The position numbers and the translations under genes were made by a program. DNA of 64,000 nt from Octopus bimaculoides (lineage: Eukaryota): assembly GCF_001194135.2 (NCBI RefSeq), contig NC_068985.1:18591285-18655284 (forward strand). The letters run 5' to 3'. A model generated the notes under the pieces. That model did not search any database. It saw only the letters and a program-made list of their open reading frames with translations, and had not been told where the DNA came from. Positions 61,499 to 64,000 of this stretch are shown here, in pieces. Every line of letters begins with the position of its first letter. Position 1 is the stretch's first letter.

Positions 61499-61630
61499 TG
61501 TAGTGATATGTTTCGATGTCCGCTCAACGCAGTATCATTTATGCTAAATAAATTAAATTATACTCCGATTACCGAGTCTTATTCAAACCCAACAGACTAA
61601 CTCACTACGACAGGAAACATATCAACTACA
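61499..61630. mobile_element. 132-bp TG...CA element with 16/17-bp terminal inverted repeats (mini solo LTR or MITE)
   Basis: TGTAGTGATATGTTTC at left, GAAACATATCAACTACA at right; no TSD seen. Confidence 0.5.
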
Positions 61631-62239
61631 TATCGTTTCGANNNNNNNNNNNNNNNNNNNNNNNNNNNNNNNNNNNNNNNNNNNNNNNNNNNNNNNNNNN
61701 NNNNNNNNNNNNNNNNNNNNNNNNNNNNNNNNNNNNNNNNNNNNNNNNNNNNNNNNNNNNNNNNNNNNNNNNNNNNAATATTTTTCGCAGACAACGTTGC
61801 CAAAATATTTACATTTGTTGCCCTTATCATTGCTGATTACTGTTTATCAAATTGTTTGCAAATGCCTGCATTTACTTGCTTTAGTGTTATTGTTTTAATC
61901 AAATTTGTTTTAAAATTTATGTTCCTGTTCAAAGACCTGTCCAAAATTCCTGGAGACGTGTTTGCTGGAGAAAGAAGACATGTTATTATACACATAAGCG
62001 AATATATATGAAATATATCATCCAAAAATCTCCACCGACAAAACGTGTTTTTTTTTTTTCCACGCCAAAGTAAAAGTAGTGAATATTCAAATGCTCCAAA
62101 GTGCAATAACTTTCAAAAACATTTTCTTGCACATAGACTGTTAGTGAAAACCAAACCAACAGTCTATAATTTAAATGTCCCACAAAATTTGACCGCTTCT
62201 CCTCCTCAATCAGCACACCATTCTCTCCGCTGATCTAAT

Positions 62240-62520
62240 ACAAGTCGTTCAGATGATCCATCAGTTGGTAATTCGGAGAACTGTATATCTCACGACGTCC
62301 CAGAGAGGGATGGATTTCCATTCTTAGATCTCGTTTATCTTAGACCAAGTCTCGCTGTCCTTTCTGTGTTTTTCCTGCTGTCTCCGCTAGTTTGCCATCA
62401 TTTTCCAGTTTTTATTTCCTTTCCACCGTCGCAAGGCAATGGAGTGGTTACCACATGGAGAAGGTCTCCAGATTTCCTATTCGTAGATTCCTGACAATAA
62501 GGACAACGCCATTTACCCTG
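62240..62520 (-). pseudogene. Degenerate RTE LINE apurinic-endonuclease N-terminal remnant
   Basis: Minus frames NLRIGN...GKLAETAG...SETW...QFSELPTDGSSER loosely follow the LRIGTWNV..GKL..SETRW pattern. Confidence 0.4.
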
Positions 62521-63066
62521 CTGCCTTCAAAGCGACGATCAATGACCTTTTGAAAACTGAAGTTTTAGAGGCTTCCTGGCTCTGCAATTGGCCACTGTTT
62601 TATTTGTTTCCCTTCTTTTCCAGCTACTCTGAGTAGAAAACACTCACAAAGCTCTTACTGCCAGACGTATAGTAACTAGGCTTTCTACCTTGAACCACCA
62701 GTCTAATTACTTTCTCGTCAAACCCCACAACGAGATACAGCTCCAGAAGAGTTTTGTGGTCTTCAAGGATCATCTGGATAACATGCTATGGCGCACATGG
62801 CAGAGACGTAACTCACTTTATTTGTTTATATTTTACGGAAAGCCACATTTTCGGCTATGGAGATAGCGATTCTGAAAACGAATTGGCAAAAATTGCAACT
62901 TCAAAAGACTCTGTTGATGATAACAATCAAGGCAATGATGAACATGATTATAAGCAATTTAGAATTGTTTTGTATATATTTATATATAAATATAATCTGT
63001 GTGTGTGTTTGCGTGCACGCGCATGTGTGTATAGATAGTAGATTGATTAAATATTTCATCATTTTT

Positions 63067-63673
63067 ATCGCCTCAAATTGTAAGAAACGAAAATACGAAG
63101 ATGAAAACAGAAAAAAATTTTAAGCCAGAGCGGGAGGAAGATTTTGTATTCACCGTTTAAGGAGGTAAACATTTGAGCCTTATTTACCATGTATCACTCA
63201 GTCATTACAAAGCCAATAACTTGAAACGCCACTATGAAGCAAATCACAAAAACGTATCGTATTATTATCCACCTAAATTAGAATTAAGGAAAAACAAGTT
63301 AACTGTGTTAAAATCATCGCTAAATAGCCAGCGGACACTGTTGACAACGTTCAAGTAAGAAAGTTGATACAACGACTGAAGCCAGTTTTGTTAGTCATGG
63401 AATATTGCTCGTGCTAAACGTCCCTATTCTGATGGCGAATTTGTTAAGAAGAATATAGCTGAAGTTGTTGCAGTGTTAGATCCAAATAACACAAGACTTC
63501 AGCGAATAATAGCACAAACACCAGTTTCACGGCACACTACAGAGAGGCGTATCTCTCAGATCAGTGCTGATGTTGCATACAAAATGATTTTAAAAAACTC
63601 TTGCATTCAGCTAAGCTTTTGACGAATTAACAGACAGATAAGACAACCCACAACTGGCAGTATTTATTCATTA
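63067..63673 (+). pseudogene. Defective hAT Charlie/SPIN (GTF2IRD2/EPM2AIP1-like) transposase, N-terminal half
   Basis: ASNCKKRKYEDENRK..EEDFVF..HVSLSHYKANNLKRHYEANH..EASFV..NIARAKRPYSDGEFVKK..VSRHTTERRISQIS..SLAFDE..QLAVFI across frameshifts. Confidence 0.88.
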
Positions 63674-63764
63674 CTAGCAGAAATACCCGGCGTTGCCCGG
63701 GTTAAAGAGAATAATGAAATCTAAAAACGCCGTCTAGACTACGCATCATCTTTATATATAGAGA
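63674..63764 (-). mobile_element. 91-bp non-autonomous Helitron
   Basis: Minus strand A|TCTCTATATATAAAG...CCCGGGCAACGCCGGG hairpin...CTAG|T: 5' TC, subterminal GC hairpin, 3' CTAG, inserted between A and T with no TSD. Confidence 0.85.
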
Positions 63765-64000
63765 TGTATATACACACACGCACCCAAACGCACGTATATA
63801 TATGTATATCAATATAAATATATGAAAGTCAATGAAGTTTCGTAAAAGGTGATCATGTACATACTTTCTTGCTGTTGTGATTATAACACCTCGTTGTAAA
63901 CAATGTTCCTTGTTTTCCCTTGTGGAGCATATACAAATAGGTTTTTTTTGCTGCCCACTATTGAGCAGCCAACATACAGTTGTCCATGTGAGAAGCAGGG

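Overview
AT-rich, repeat-dense metazoan genomic DNA with 10-330 bp N gaps, mostly at (TA)n/(GA)n microsatellites. The SINE, RTE and MITE families match those I recall from octopus (coleoid cephalopod) genomes; that assignment is an inference. No complete protein-coding gene is visible and almost all ORF-track entries are repeat or microsatellite artefacts. The window splits in two. The left ~41 kb is CpG-depleted and SINE-rich and reads as large introns of a minus-strand host gene. Small splice-site-supported exons lie at 45656-46034 (first exon), 42968-43262, 29642-29685, 27262-27313 and 10182-10281; they can encode a signal-peptide-like N-terminus (MNESIVVFKEIHILLVFCYLMPLHSSGVGGRTVMK...), and the gene continues off the left edge. 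The right ~23 kb is CpG-retaining promoter/intergenic DNA full of transposon relics. These include hAT MITEs with target-site duplications, a BED-finger hAT transposase of a type I know mainly from oomycetes, a Charlie/SPIN-like transposase cut by a 91-bp mini-Helitron, a foldback element carrying TTAGGG repeats, a solo-LTR-like insertion inside an inverted duplication, and a minimal Penelope-type hammerhead ribozyme. All calls were made by eye with no database searches, and most repeat boundaries are approximate.
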